Source: a virus
IMG/VR virus record: IMGVR_UViG_3300021594_000960
Coordinates: 9,156 to 73,155 of that record
Length of the DNA: 64,000 nt
Direction: 5' to 3' (one strand)
Every line of letters starts with the position of its first letter. The first letter of the stretch is position 1. Positions 10,342 through 20,015 of this stretch are shown piece by piece. The translations under genes were made by a program, and so were the position numbers. A model generated the notes under the pieces. It saw only the letters and a program-made list of their open reading frames with translations. It was not told where the DNA came from and did not search any database.

Positions 10342-10948
10342 TTAGTTTTTTGAACAAAGAAATTAAAATCTCTTTGGATAATAAAACAGCACCTGATGCT
10401 ATTAGTCTCTCAGCTATCAAGACCGCGGACTCTGTGATATTCGTTGCCCCATATGCAATATCTTGAATATCTCCAATTATTGGAATCAAAAATGCGTATG
10501 AAACAATTTCCAAAACCTGACTTGTTATAACTTTGGTTGAATTTAAAAATTTTGTGAAAGAGTCTTTGAGTTGGTAGGCTTTCAATAAAGCAACATCAAA
10601 TGCTTCTTCCAAACCATTTTCTTTGATTGTGTTCATGACTTTAATAAACCCTCTCTTACCTTCAAAAAATATTAAAAAGGCGATACCCGACAACACAAGA
10701 TATCTTTCACTTTCATTCAATTGAAAATCACCTGATTTCAAAAATTCGTTCAAAGGCATCACCAATCCTGCAATTGAGGTACCCCAAGTTAAAAACATCT
10801 TAAGGTTGATGTCGTACGTTTTCAAAACTCTACCAACCATGTTATTGGTAAACGACTTCATTTTTTTCAATGAACTAGAAAGATTATCATCATTTCTTTG
10901 TTCATTCAATATTAATTGAAACTGTGATTGACTTATGATAAATTCCAT
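10325..10948 (-). CDS. Hypothetical protein, possibly virion-associated
   Basis: MEFIISQSQFQLILNEQ N-terminus; TATTTAT upstream. Confidence 0.7.
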   Translation of the reverse strand: MEFIISQSQFQLILNEQRNDDNLSSSLKKMKSFTNNMVGRVLKTYDINLKMFLTWGTSIAGLVMPLNEFLKSGDFQLNESERYLVLSGIAFLIFFEGKRGFIKVMNTIKENGLEEAFDVALLKAYQLKDSFTKFLNSTKVITSQVLEIVSYAFLIPIIGDIQDIAYGATNITESAVLIAERLIASGAVLLSKEILISLFKKLIKRLL

Positions 10949-10981
10949 ACGATTATAAATACTCCAGTTATATTTATTAGT

Positions 10982-11605
10982 ATGAAAGGTCCGCTTAATC
11001 CTGATTTAAAAGTTGGAGATGTAGTAATGTTACTACACATGGAAAAAGAAACTGCGGTTCCGCCAGGAACTATTGGTGTTGTTACTAATATAACGAGAGA
11101 CCCTTTTGAGTCTCCTGACGAAAAGATTATTTCAGTGAAATGGGAAAATGGAAGTACGTTGAGTATGATTACATCAACAGATGCTTGGAAAAAAATAAAG
11201 TCTGAAGAAAATATCCAAGAACAACGTGATAGTGCTTGGGATTATATGACTCAAAATGCGGATGTTTTTGAAAATTTCGATTGGAGATGGTTAGAACAAT
11301 TTCTATATAAAGTGAGAGACAGTGGTATAATCAACATGTATGCGGCATATCCGTTACTTTATTCGGGAAGCGAACACATAGACCGTTATTACGGTGAAGG
11401 TAGAGAAGATGAAGAGGAATTCCAAGCGGTTTTAGAAGATGCTGACGAGTCAAAAAACAAAATTATCCAAGGTGTTATAAAATATATGGAAAAAAATAAC
11501 AAAGACCTTGATAACATGGACCAAGTCAACAGATACGCACAACATTTTGCTCAAAGAATATTGGGTCTATATATTGCTTTATCCTCGTTAGGTGGAAGAA
11601 ATTAA
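10982..11605 (+). CDS. DUF4314-like domain protein
   Basis: PPGTIGVV..VKWENGSTLSMI; C-terminal VRDSGIINM. Confidence 0.7.
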   Translation: MKGPLNPDLKVGDVVMLLHMEKETAVPPGTIGVVTNITRDPFESPDEKIISVKWENGSTLSMITSTDAWKKIKSEENIQEQRDSAWDYMTQNADVFENFDWRWLEQFLYKVRDSGIINMYAAYPLLYSGSEHIDRYYGEGREDEEEFQAVLEDADESKNKIIQGVIKYMEKNNKDLDNMDQVNRYAQHFAQRILGLYIALSSLGGRN

Positions 11606-12699
11606 TTACTCAAAGGTGCCTTGATAGAAGGGTGGGAGGTGTAGTTCATTAACTGGATATCATCAACACCGATTTTTTCCCAATCAACAATATAACCATC
11701 TCTGAACTTAAAATCGAAATTTAATTTTACGTTCGGAAGTTCGAAAGATTTTCTTTCGATTTGTTCCCTTGCTTGGTCAATATGATTAAGATACAAATGA
11801 GTGTCCCCCAAATTACCAATTAACTCGTCGGGAACCATATTGGTTAATTTGCCGAGCAAAGTAAGTAGTAATCCATAGGATGCAATATTGAAAGGCAAAC
11901 CTAAAAACGTATCAACAGACCTCTGATTCCACATTAAAGATATTGCTCTTGTAGGTGTCTTGCAGTAGTACTCATTATCAAAATCAGGAATTATTGTTTC
12001 ATCGTATTCCATCCCCGTTTCGTAATTTTTGGAAAACCACAAACTATATCTTTCCCTGTATGTAAGTTCTCTTGTATATATTTGAAACCCGTAATGGCAT
12101 GGAGGTAATACCATTTCATCTAATTCACCAACATTCCAAGCATTAACCATAAGCCTTCTTGAATCAGGTTCTGTTCTTAACATGTGAACTAATCTTTGAA
12201 TTTGGTCGAACCACAATGAGCCCATTTCACCTTTAGAAGTGGTCATCCAACCTTGCCATTGTCTCCATTGTTTACCGTATATAGGACCTAATTCACCATA
12301 TTCTTTGGCAAATTTCTTATCAGTTTTGATTTTATCTATGAACTCATCTACAGATTTGAGGTTGAAATGAGGATGACCCGACATCGCTGAATTTAGTTCA
12401 AACTCACGTTTAGTAATGTTCAAATAATTTTTATAAGCATCACCATTCCAAATGTTACAACCATTATCAACCAAATACTTGATGTTAGTATCACCACGTA
12501 AAAACCAAAGTAATTCAGTTACCATAGTTTTCCATGCCATTTTTTTTGTTGTGAGTAAGGGAAACCCCTCTCTCATGTTATGACGAATTTGATAACCAAA
12601 GATTGATTTGGTTCCCGTACCTGTTCTATCTTTTTTTTCTACCCCATCACGAAGGATGTGGAGTAGTAGGTCTTGATATTTTTTGTCTATAGTATTCAT
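11602..12699 (-). CDS. thyA: Thymidylate synthase
   Basis: DRTGTGT, LGPIYGKQWR, LPPCH, QRSVDTFLGLPFNIASY. Confidence 0.98.
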   Translation of the reverse strand: MNTIDKKYQDLLLHILRDGVEKKDRTGTGTKSIFGYQIRHNMREGFPLLTTKKMAWKTMVTELLWFLRGDTNIKYLVDNGCNIWNGDAYKNYLNITKREFELNSAMSGHPHFNLKSVDEFIDKIKTDKKFAKEYGELGPIYGKQWRQWQGWMTTSKGEMGSLWFDQIQRLVHMLRTEPDSRRLMVNAWNVGELDEMVLPPCHYGFQIYTRELTYRERYSLWFSKNYETGMEYDETIIPDFDNEYYCKTPTRAISLMWNQRSVDTFLGLPFNIASYGLLLTLLGKLTNMVPDELIGNLGDTHLYLNHIDQAREQIERKSFELPNVKLNFDFKFRDGYIVDWEKIGVDDIQLMNYTSHPSIKAPLSN

Positions 12700-12908
12700 G
12701 ATAAAACTATTATTTCACCAGGGTTGTGAGCTGGTATGTCGTAGGTAAATTTATGTTTATTAAGAATGTTTACAGTTAAATTTCTCATTCTAAGTGAGTC
12801 TCCTGTGATAATTCTAACAGGTAATTCAGTAGAGTGTAAGAGAACAAAATTTTCTACCTTGTCTCTTACATCTCTATGAAATATACCGTGTAAATCTAAT
12901 TCTTTCAT
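12696..12908 (-). CDS. Smr-domain protein
   Basis: LDLHG...IITG motifs. Confidence 0.75.
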   Translation of the reverse strand: MKELDLHGIFHRDVRDKVENFVLLHSTELPVRIITGDSLRMRNLTVNILNKHKFTYDIPAHNPGEIIVLS

Positions 12909-13069
12909 TTTACCCATTCTTGAAAAGCTAGTTCGTAAGCGGAAACTCGGTCTAAGTTTGGAGACTCCTCTAAAATTTGTTTAGCTGTATCTATGACTTC
13001 TTTTCTCAAATCATACTTACTGGCTTCATGTAAAATTTCATCAATTATCTCTTCGCTAGTGATACTCAT
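12905..13069 (-). CDS. Small hypothetical protein (54 aa, not in ORF track)
   Basis: MSITSEEIIDEILHEASKY...AFQEWVK; fills the operon gap with ATGA overlap. Confidence 0.7.
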   Translation of the reverse strand: MSITSEEIIDEILHEASKYDLRKEVIDTAKQILEESPNLDRVSAYELAFQEWVK

Positions 13070-13071
13070 TT

Positions 13072-13269
13072 TTAATTTTTCTGATTTTGAAATTCTTCAA
13101 TTAGATAATTTATGTTATCGGACAGATGGTCGTTTTTTTTCAACCATTCCAAAACGTCATCTACACCCAACTTGTAGGATTGATACATGCAACTCTTGAT
13201 AGCACTTTCACTTAAGAAAGAACTATGAGGTATTGTGTTTTCAAATATTTCAGTGAGTCTGATGTCCAT
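13072..13269 (-). CDS. Hypothetical protein
   Basis: ORF track; tight operon spacing. Confidence 0.65.
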   Translation of the reverse strand: MDIRLTEIFENTIPHSSFLSESAIKSCMYQSYKLGVDDVLEWLKKNDHLSDNINYLIEEFQNQKN

Positions 13270-13270
13270 A

Positions 13271-13486
13271 TTATTTTGTTATTACCATGTTTGTGTTTGA
13301 AATTGGTAGACGAAGGACAGGATATTTTTTTTCAAATTCATCACTTTGGATTACCTCATAAAATCCTTCACAAACCTTCACGGTCGGAATGCTAGACATT
13401 TCCATTAAAATTTTTTGATTTTCAGAGGTGTAGTTCTCGTAAACTTTGATTGATTTTGTAGTTGTGTTGAAAATAAGTGTTTGCAT
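13271..13486 (-). CDS. Hypothetical protein
   Basis: ORF track; TATATTTG promoter at 13507-13514. Confidence 0.7.
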   Translation of the reverse strand: MQTLIFNTTTKSIKVYENYTSENQKILMEMSSIPTVKVCEGFYEVIQSDEFEKKYPVLRLPISNTNMVITK

Positions 13487-13528
13487 GATTTAATTTGTTT
13501 AGAATACAAATATACAAAAAAATGGCAT

Positions 13529-13605
13529 AAAAAAAACAGGTCAGTTTTATTGGGCGATAAGTAAATTACCAAGATACTTTATCAATAGAATTAAACTGAA
13601 CCTGT
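13529..13605 (-). ncRNA. Candidate small hairpin RNA ending in a U-tract
   Basis: ACAGG-T-TCAGTTT...AAACTGACCTGT closing stem, internal stems, T8 tail. Confidence 0.55.
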
Positions 13606-13619
13606 CTACAGAATATTAA

Positions 13620-13638
13620 ACATTGTCCAAGACAATGT
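13620..13638. promoter_or_regulatory. Perfect inverted repeat, candidate operator
   Basis: ACATTGTC-caa-GACAATGT between divergent units. Confidence 0.5.
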
Positions 13639-13687
13639 AAAATAGAAAAATGGAAATTATTTGGTATTTATAAGAAACAATTCTTTT

Positions 13688-14857
13688 ATGAACGCATACT
13701 TTGCTGCAAGTAGAATGAGTCAAGATGAGAAGAATGATATCTTGGCAAAACACAGAACACTATACGATGGATACAGAACGATGCAATCCTCGGTATCTAA
13801 CGAACAACCATTATATGTACAAGACTTTGCAAAAGACAAAGTTGGTGCAGTAGTAAACAACAAAGGTGTTGTAAAACCTTATACCAACATGGGAATAAAC
13901 GAACAAGTTCAGAAAGAGGTTTGTGACGAATGCGGAGCGATGCAAATGAGTGAAGGTGAATGTATGGAGTGTGGGTGGAAAGGTGAGGTTGGTGCAATGG
14001 AAGAGGCAAAAGAACTTATGTGTTCTGAATGTGGTGGAGCAATGAACGAAGGTGAGTGTTCCGAGTGTGGTTACAAAATGGAAGAATTGGATGAAACAGG
14101 ACATTTAGATGATATCTATAATGTTGAAGATTTGGGTGACGCAGAATTTGATTATGTTCAAGGAGGAGGTAACAAATACGGTACATTTGAAAAAATGCAT
14201 CACATGAAAGGAATAAAAAGAGAACAAGTAGAAGATGATTATGTCGACAATTTTGAAGACCCAGACAACGAAGATGACGAAGTTGTGGGAACAGATGACT
14301 TGGAAATTGATTCAAGTGAAATGTATGAACAAGGGTATACTGGCGGTGGAAACGCTCCTGATATGGACATCAGTAATGTTGAACCAGCCTACGATTTTGT
14401 TAGTAATGGACCCATGGATGTCTACCCTGAAGGAGAAATGGAAGAACAAGATTGTTTAGATTGTGACGATGAAACTGCGTACGAGACAATGGAGTCAGCT
14501 TGGTCTGATGAGTTAGAAGAGACCGATATTTCAGGAGTACAAGGAATTTATGGTGATATGGAACCAGCATTTGATTTTGATTCAAAAGGACCAGGAAGTG
14601 CTGGACCTTACCAAACATCAAGTTGGGGAGGTTCATCTAACGATGATACCGCTGAAGACGATGTTTATTGGCAAAAAGATTTGGCACCAAATGAATTAGA
14701 CTTGGATTTAGAAAAATTCAACCCTGAGGATTCTACGTGGGAAGAAATTAAAGCCCATACAGGTAATTGGGACGAAATTGATGAAGATTTGAAAGAGTCT
14801 TTCGAAAAACAAAAAAATAAGATAACAGAAATGATGATTAGAATGAAAGTTCTTTAA
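13688..14857 (+). CDS. Highly acidic protein with repeated CxxC knuckles
   Basis: CDECG/CMECG/CSECG repeats; internal PAYDF-x-S-x-GP repeat. Confidence 0.75.
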   Translation: MNAYFAASRMSQDEKNDILAKHRTLYDGYRTMQSSVSNEQPLYVQDFAKDKVGAVVNNKGVVKPYTNMGINEQVQKEVCDECGAMQMSEGECMECGWKGEVGAMEEAKELMCSECGGAMNEGECSECGYKMEELDETGHLDDIYNVEDLGDAEFDYVQGGGNKYGTFEKMHHMKGIKREQVEDDYVDNFEDPDNEDDEVVGTDDLEIDSSEMYEQGYTGGGNAPDMDISNVEPAYDFVSNGPMDVYPEGEMEEQDCLDCDDETAYETMESAWSDELEETDISGVQGIYGDMEPAFDFDSKGPGSAGPYQTSSWGGSSNDDTAEDDVYWQKDLAPNELDLDLEKFNPEDSTWEEIKAHTGNWDEIDEDLKESFEKQKNKITEMMIRMKVL

Positions 14858-14861
14858 TAAC

Positions 14862-14889
14862 AAAAACCCCTCATAAAGAGGGGTTTTTT
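14862..14889. terminator. Bidirectional intrinsic terminator
   Basis: AAAAACCCCTC-ataaa-GAGGGGTTTTT between convergent genes. Confidence 0.8.
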
Positions 14890-15824
14890 ATTTCATGATA
14901 CTTTAATTTTTTCACTTGTTCATCAATAAATATTTCTATATCATCCTCGTCTTTGCAGTCGAAAATCGAGATAATCCTTTTAATTTCGTTTATTTTATAA
15001 ACATTGTTAAAAGATTGTGTATCAGAACCATACAAATTATATTCAGGTACAAATATTTTTAAAAAATTTTCAGATTTATTCAAATCAATTTTTGTTTCTT
15101 CAGGAAACTTATTTGTAGATTTTATTTCAAAACGGTAATCCGACGCACAATCTTTCATTGGAGTATCAATGAAAAAAACAAATTTTCTTTTTTCTCTTTT
15201 ATAATGGTATTCAACTAAATTTTTTGATACAGGACACTCATAGAATTTTGATTGAATATCATTTGTTTTTTTATAGTTTAAAATTTTAAAACCGTTTCGT
15301 ATATGGGTGTCTTGGTTTCTTTTACTCTTTTTGATTTGCATAACACCAGAAAAAAAATTTTTTTTATTTTTCAGGATATGACTAAAATTTACTAAGACAG
15401 GCCCAACTTCAGGATATTTTCTTTTTCTTTCCGAATCGTATTCGTAGACATCATTCAATAAGACGGTAACTTCTTTGGAATTTAATTGTTCCTCAGTTAG
15501 TGATTCAATGTCTGGAATTTCATTATCGTAAGATATAAAAACATAGTCTTCAAAGGTTTTATAAAGTTTTTCTAACGTGGATTGTATTGAAATTGAAATA
15601 AATTTATTGTTTTCGAGCGAATCGATATAGTTTTTGTGTAGTGTAAAGGTTTTGATTTTGTGGTCAATCACACCATAAAATTCTTTCAATTTTTCTAAAC
15701 TTTCTTGGTCACCGAAAATTAAAAAATAATCAACGATTTCATATAACTTTTTGAACCTTATCTCAAAAACGTCAACATCATCTCCAATCAAGACCACGTC
15801 AAAAATCAATTTTTTTCCAATCAT
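14871..15824 (-). CDS. Degenerate GT17-like glycosyltransferase
   Basis: FEIRFKKLYEIVDYFLI and SYDNEIPD resemble GT17 motifs (LEIRL.EL...VD.FVI, SDxDEIP). Confidence 0.55.
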   Translation of the reverse strand: MIGKKLIFDVVLIGDDVDVFEIRFKKLYEIVDYFLIFGDQESLEKLKEFYGVIDHKIKTFTLHKNYIDSLENNKFISISIQSTLEKLYKTFEDYVFISYDNEIPDIESLTEEQLNSKEVTVLLNDVYEYDSERKRKYPEVGPVLVNFSHILKNKKNFFSGVMQIKKSKRNQDTHIRNGFKILNYKKTNDIQSKFYECPVSKNLVEYHYKREKRKFVFFIDTPMKDCASDYRFEIKSTNKFPEETKIDLNKSENFLKIFVPEYNLYGSDTQSFNNVYKINEIKRIISIFDCKDEDDIEIFIDEQVKKLKYHEIKNPSL

Positions 15825-15877
15825 ACTATTGAAAATATATGAAAAGCGGGTTAAACTTAAAGTAATAAAATTACAAC

Positions 15878-16477
15878 ATGGCATCTAACAACAAATTTGT
15901 TTCGAATCAAAGAAATAACGTCAATCATTTCAATTACTATTATTTCACTAATGTTTTTACAGACCAAGAAATTGAAAATATTATTGAAGTTGGGGAATCT
16001 CAACCAAAAATTAAAGCTACTACTGTAGGTGAAGATATCGGTCAAAGTGTGTCTGAATACAGAGTAAGTGATATTGCTTGGTTGTCTAATAACCAAAAAA
16101 CAAGTTGGCTTTACGATAGAATTGCTGATTTGGCAATAAAGGCAAATAATGAAATGTGGAATTTTGATATTTGGGATTTCCAAGATGATTTACAATATAC
16201 ATCATATTACGGTAACGGAGGTCATTATGATTGGCACGCTGATTTAGGTGTAGGTATCTCAAATAGAAAACTATCCATAGTCTTACAACTTTCAAATGCA
16301 GATGAGTACGAGGGAGGTGAACTACAAATGAATACAGGTGGAAGCATCATCAATGTCCCCAAAGAAAAAGGCTTAATTTGTTTTTTCCCTTCGTTTCTTT
16401 TACACAGAGTTACGCCACTATCATCAGGATTAAGAAGGTCATTAGTTACTTGGTTGTGTGGTGCTAATTTGAGATGA
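15878..16477 (+). CDS. 2OG-Fe(II) oxygenase (prolyl-4-hydroxylase-like)
   Basis: YDWHAD, RKLS, YEGGEL, FPSFLLHRVTP, RRSLVTW. Confidence 0.92.
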   Translation: MASNNKFVSNQRNNVNHFNYYYFTNVFTDQEIENIIEVGESQPKIKATTVGEDIGQSVSEYRVSDIAWLSNNQKTSWLYDRIADLAIKANNEMWNFDIWDFQDDLQYTSYYGNGGHYDWHADLGVGISNRKLSIVLQLSNADEYEGGELQMNTGGSIINVPKEKGLICFFPSFLLHRVTPLSSGLRRSLVTWLCGANLR

Positions 16478-16893
16478 TACGACACGAATACATATCAGTT
16501 CAAGATTATAGGAGAGTTGGTCTAGCCAATGAATATTGGTTGTGGCATTTTACTGCATCTAAACCATTACCAGCACAACAAATTCAGTCACTTATGGGAC
16601 CAACGGATGAAATAGGATTTCATCCTTTTAGATACATTGTAGACCAAATGTCTATTCCTGTTTTTGAAAGTGAATCTTCTAAATCTTACGACTTCTTGTT
16701 ATCATTAGACCCACATATTACAGCGAATAAGCTCTATCAAAGAGACCATTTTTTTACTTTGGTATTGGGATTCAATTACATGAGATTAGTCACCTCAACA
16801 TTTCATCCAAATAAATGTTATTGTGCAGAAGGAATTATAAGCGTAGTTGCAGACCTTAATCCGAATTTACTTAAAGATTTCAAATTTGATTAA
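16474..16893 (+). CDS. Hypothetical protein
   Basis: ATGA overlap; CYC motif. Confidence 0.65.
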   Translation: MIRHEYISVQDYRRVGLANEYWLWHFTASKPLPAQQIQSLMGPTDEIGFHPFRYIVDQMSIPVFESESSKSYDFLLSLDPHITANKLYQRDHFFTLVLGFNYMRLVTSTFHPNKCYCAEGIISVVADLNPNLLKDFKFD

Positions 16894-17486
16894 CGTTCAG
16901 TATTGAAGAAAAATACCTGAAATAATCTTCCATCGTACATATCCCTTCCGAAATAATCCAAGGATACGTGATAGTTGTCTGCTCTATACATGATAAGACG
17001 ATTAAAAACATTTCCAACTCTATCGACTAATTCCCATTTTGTATAATCTCTACAATCAATACCAGGAGGTGCAGACTCTTTGTAGCCTGGTTCATTTTCT
17101 CTTTTATAATCGTAGTGCATCCACCCTGTTGCTTTATGTCGAAAAATACCCGTTCCCGAACTAAGAGGAGCGTCGGGTGTTAGGTAACAAACCGCGGCCC
17201 AATCAGTTGTGGAGTCAGCGTGAATCCATGACCTGTCTTCTGCTACCGTATATTGAAAAGAACCAGTATAATTGTTTTCAGGGTCGTCACTACCCCAATA
17301 GGTAATTTCTCCAGCAAATGGATAAAGAATATCTCTTAATTTCTTTTTAAGTCCGTCATTTAAAAATGACCTTGTTCTTTGACCTGGATAATTTCCTCTA
17401 ACTTTAAATTCTTGTTTGAGTGCGAATTCTCTAACATCCATTGGGTTTGCGTAGAAATCGTCAATTGTAAGTGAATTAAATCTCAT
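16890..17486 (-). CDS. DUF6445-like 2OG-Fe(II) oxygenase
   Basis: IDDFYANP..VR, YPGQRT, IHAD, FNRLIMY..H, RLFQVFFF. Confidence 0.85.
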   Translation of the reverse strand: MRFNSLTIDDFYANPMDVREFALKQEFKVRGNYPGQRTRSFLNDGLKKKLRDILYPFAGEITYWGSDDPENNYTGSFQYTVAEDRSWIHADSTTDWAAVCYLTPDAPLSSGTGIFRHKATGWMHYDYKRENEPGYKESAPPGIDCRDYTKWELVDRVGNVFNRLIMYRADNYHVSLDYFGRDMYDGRLFQVFFFNTER

Positions 17487-17599
17487 AAAATTTGTCTTTA
17501 GTAAAAAGTAACCATAAATACACAGAAAAAAAATGGTAAAAGAAAAATTTTGAAATGACTTTTACCTTACTTTATAATATTTGTTATATAAAATTGCTT

Positions 17600-17932
17600 A
17601 TGGAAATTAAAGAAATTGTGTCCTACTTCATGAACAGTGATAGCAACATCATGGAGGTTTCTTTTAGGACAATTGAGGACAACGATGAGGTTATTAGAGT
17701 AGACCAAATAGATTATTCAATAGTTGAAGAATACGGGTTTGATTTAGTCACAGAATCTTTCGATTTTTTTGACGAGGATGAAGATGATTCATTCGTTGAC
17801 GAAGACAAAGTTGAATTGGATGAGGATGAATTGATAACATTCTTAAATGAATATTATACAATTCACCCTAACTCTTTACCAAGTGCAGTTTCTAACAAGT
17901 CACTATCAACTTGGAACGTAATTCTTGCGTAA
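17600..17932 (+). CDS. Acidic hypothetical protein; 3' end probably altered by a junction
   Basis: ORF track; 70-bp convergent overlap with the next gene. Confidence 0.65.
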   Translation: MEIKEIVSYFMNSDSNIMEVSFRTIEDNDEVIRVDQIDYSIVEEYGFDLVTESFDFFDEDEDDSFVDEDKVELDEDELITFLNEYYTIHPNSLPSAVSNKSLSTWNVILA

Positions 17933-18339
17933 GAATTTCTATCTTTTGGTTTGTAGTCAAATTGAATTTTTCCTGTAGTATATGCATCAAAACTATATGG
18001 AACCCTCCAAAACATAATTTCGTTTGGTGACTCACCATACTCCCATCTATCCCTTTGACCATTTTGTTGTCTATTGAACCAAATCATTCTTATGGTTGAG
18101 TAATCAAAATGCAGATAGAAATTATCTACTTTGATTGAATCAAATGGGTCAGGAAGGTATGGAGTCATAAAAGTAGAACCTGAAAGGAAGGTTGTATCTT
18201 TTGTGGTTGCCTGTGATGTTTGAATCAGAGTAACTTTGGAAACAACATACTTTCCACTCAAAGTCAGGTCACTGACTTCAGTAACATATTTTTCACATGA
18301 TATGAGAAATGGGAGTAAGAAAATAATATATTTTTTCAT
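17863..18339 (-). CDS. Lipoprotein; 3' end probably altered by a junction
   Basis: MKKYIIFLLPFLISC-EK lipobox; TACCTTTG promoter at 18345-18352. Confidence 0.75.
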   Translation of the reverse strand: MKKYIIFLLPFLISCEKYVTEVSDLTLSGKYVVSKVTLIQTSQATTKDTTFLSGSTFMTPYLPDPFDSIKVDNFYLHFDYSTIRMIWFNRQQNGQRDRWEYGESPNEIMFWRVPYSFDAYTTGKIQFDYKPKDRNSYARITFQVDSDLLETALGKELG

Positions 18340-18386
18340 AATCCCAAAGGTATGAAATTTTACCAAACCAAAAAATATTTATTTAT

Positions 18387-18635
18387 ATGATTTTAGACGT
18401 AGATATTTTAATAACACTATTCGAAAAGTACTCGGATAAGAAAACATCAAGTGAAATTGGAGAACAAGAAGCGGCAGCTGCACCTTCAGGAGGTTCTACA
18501 GGGGGTGGTAAAGTACCACCAAAATGGGCCGATATTCACGGTGGACCTAAAAGAGGGAAAGCCAACATGTTAAGTAAAGGTGGCGAAAAATGGGAAACAG
18601 GTATGAATAGAGGCGTCGCAAATCAAATTTGGTAA
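18387..18635 (+). CDS. Small conserved phage protein
   Basis: Repeated W...RG.AN motif; TATTTAT upstream. Confidence 0.7.
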   Translation: MILDVDILITLFEKYSDKKTSSEIGEQEAAAAPSGGSTGGGKVPPKWADIHGGPKRGKANMLSKGGEKWETGMNRGVANQIW

Positions 18636-18668
18636 AATCAATATATTTATAACAAAAAACAGATTTAT

Positions 18669-20006
18669 ATGGTACATCCTAAATACAGCCCAGAAGAGGC
18701 TCTACAGAGAATGAAACTAATGATGGAGTATGATTCTTCAAAAACTCTTAGTGAAAATGAAAAACTATTAAAAGAAGATTCCACAGGATGGGAAAGAGGT
18801 CTTGCTGGTGCAGGAACTGTTGGTGCAACCGCTGGTGGAGCATTTGGTGGATTTAAGGCAGGTGCTGCTATCGGTTCGGCAGGAGGTCCTTTGGGTGCCG
18901 TAATTGGTGGTGGTCTCGGGGCTATCTTGGGAATTTTAGGTATGAATGCGTGGTTAAGTGGGGATGCTACAGAGGAGAAAAAAATTCAAGAATTTTTGAA
19001 AGCGTGTGATAGCACTGACGCAAGAGCAAAAAAATATATTACAAAATCTAGTATGAATCCAACTGACCAAGCTGCATTAGCTAAGGTTTTTGCTAAGGCG
19101 GTGAACTATCAAACTCTTTGGATTTTTGGTGGTACAGACGATTCTGAAGAAACAGGATGGAGAGCAATGACCAGTAAATTAGAAAAAGACGGTTCATTTG
19201 GTGATGTTTGTGCAATAAGACAAATGTATGGTGGAGACAAATTTGAAGATAGAGTAATATCAGAATTAGATGATGAAGAACAAGCGGATTTTGCTGGTTC
19301 ATTGGGTGTTGTTTTAGCAAGAACTCTTAAAGGTGACTTGAAAGTTCAAGATGCTGAGGCTTTAGGTTCAAACTGGTGGTTAGACAACTTCGAATGTATG
19401 AGAATTACAAACTCATTTGTTGATGGTTGGGAACCTCTTTTAGACCCTAAGTATCAAACGAACTATGTTCAGGTTCAGTTTAAAACAAGAGGCGTAGTTA
19501 AGGTTTACAATATGGACAACAAAGGAAGAATTTATGTACCAACAGGTTCAGGTTTAGGAAGAGCAACAGGAAAAGCAGTTGTCTGCCAAGGTGATAAAGT
19601 AACTATAGCAAATACTGTATCTGAGTCAGTTCAAAAAAAAAAGTTGAGAGAACAAGCTGATTTAGGAAACATAAGTTTGGATGGTAGTGAAGTTGATTTA
19701 GACCCGCAACCTACACCAAACCCTACTAGTACGGGTGGTGGAGGAACACCAAGACCATCTTACATGGATTGTGTTGGTGTTTACAGAAAAGGATGTAAGT
19801 CTGACGTTATCAAAAAGGTACAAGGATGTTTAGGAGGATTAAGTCAAGACGGAAAATTCGGAAGTAAAACCGAGCAAAAATTAAAAGAAAAATTCCCTGA
19901 TTTAAACGGGATTTTCAGAGATAGTGAAGTTGATAAAATATGTGGTTCTAACACTCAGAATGTGCAAAACGACCCATTCTTAGATTTTGACCCAAACACA
20001 CATTAA
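18669..20006 (+). CDS. Gly-zipper membrane protein with C-terminal peptidoglycan-binding-like domain
   Basis: GAAIGSAGGPLGAVIGGGLG; IKKVQGCLG...DGKFGSKTE. Confidence 0.7.
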   Translation: MVHPKYSPEEALQRMKLMMEYDSSKTLSENEKLLKEDSTGWERGLAGAGTVGATAGGAFGGFKAGAAIGSAGGPLGAVIGGGLGAILGILGMNAWLSGDATEEKKIQEFLKACDSTDARAKKYITKSSMNPTDQAALAKVFAKAVNYQTLWIFGGTDDSEETGWRAMTSKLEKDGSFGDVCAIRQMYGGDKFEDRVISELDDEEQADFAGSLGVVLARTLKGDLKVQDAEALGSNWWLDNFECMRITNSFVDGWEPLLDPKYQTNYVQVQFKTRGVVKVYNMDNKGRIYVPTGSGLGRATGKAVVCQGDKVTIANTVSESVQKKKLREQADLGNISLDGSEVDLDPQPTPNPTSTGGGGTPRPSYMDCVGVYRKGCKSDVIKKVQGCLGGLSQDGKFGSKTEQKLKEKFPDLNGIFRDSEVDKICGSNTQNVQNDPFLDFDPNTH

Positions 20007-20015
20007 AATATTTTT

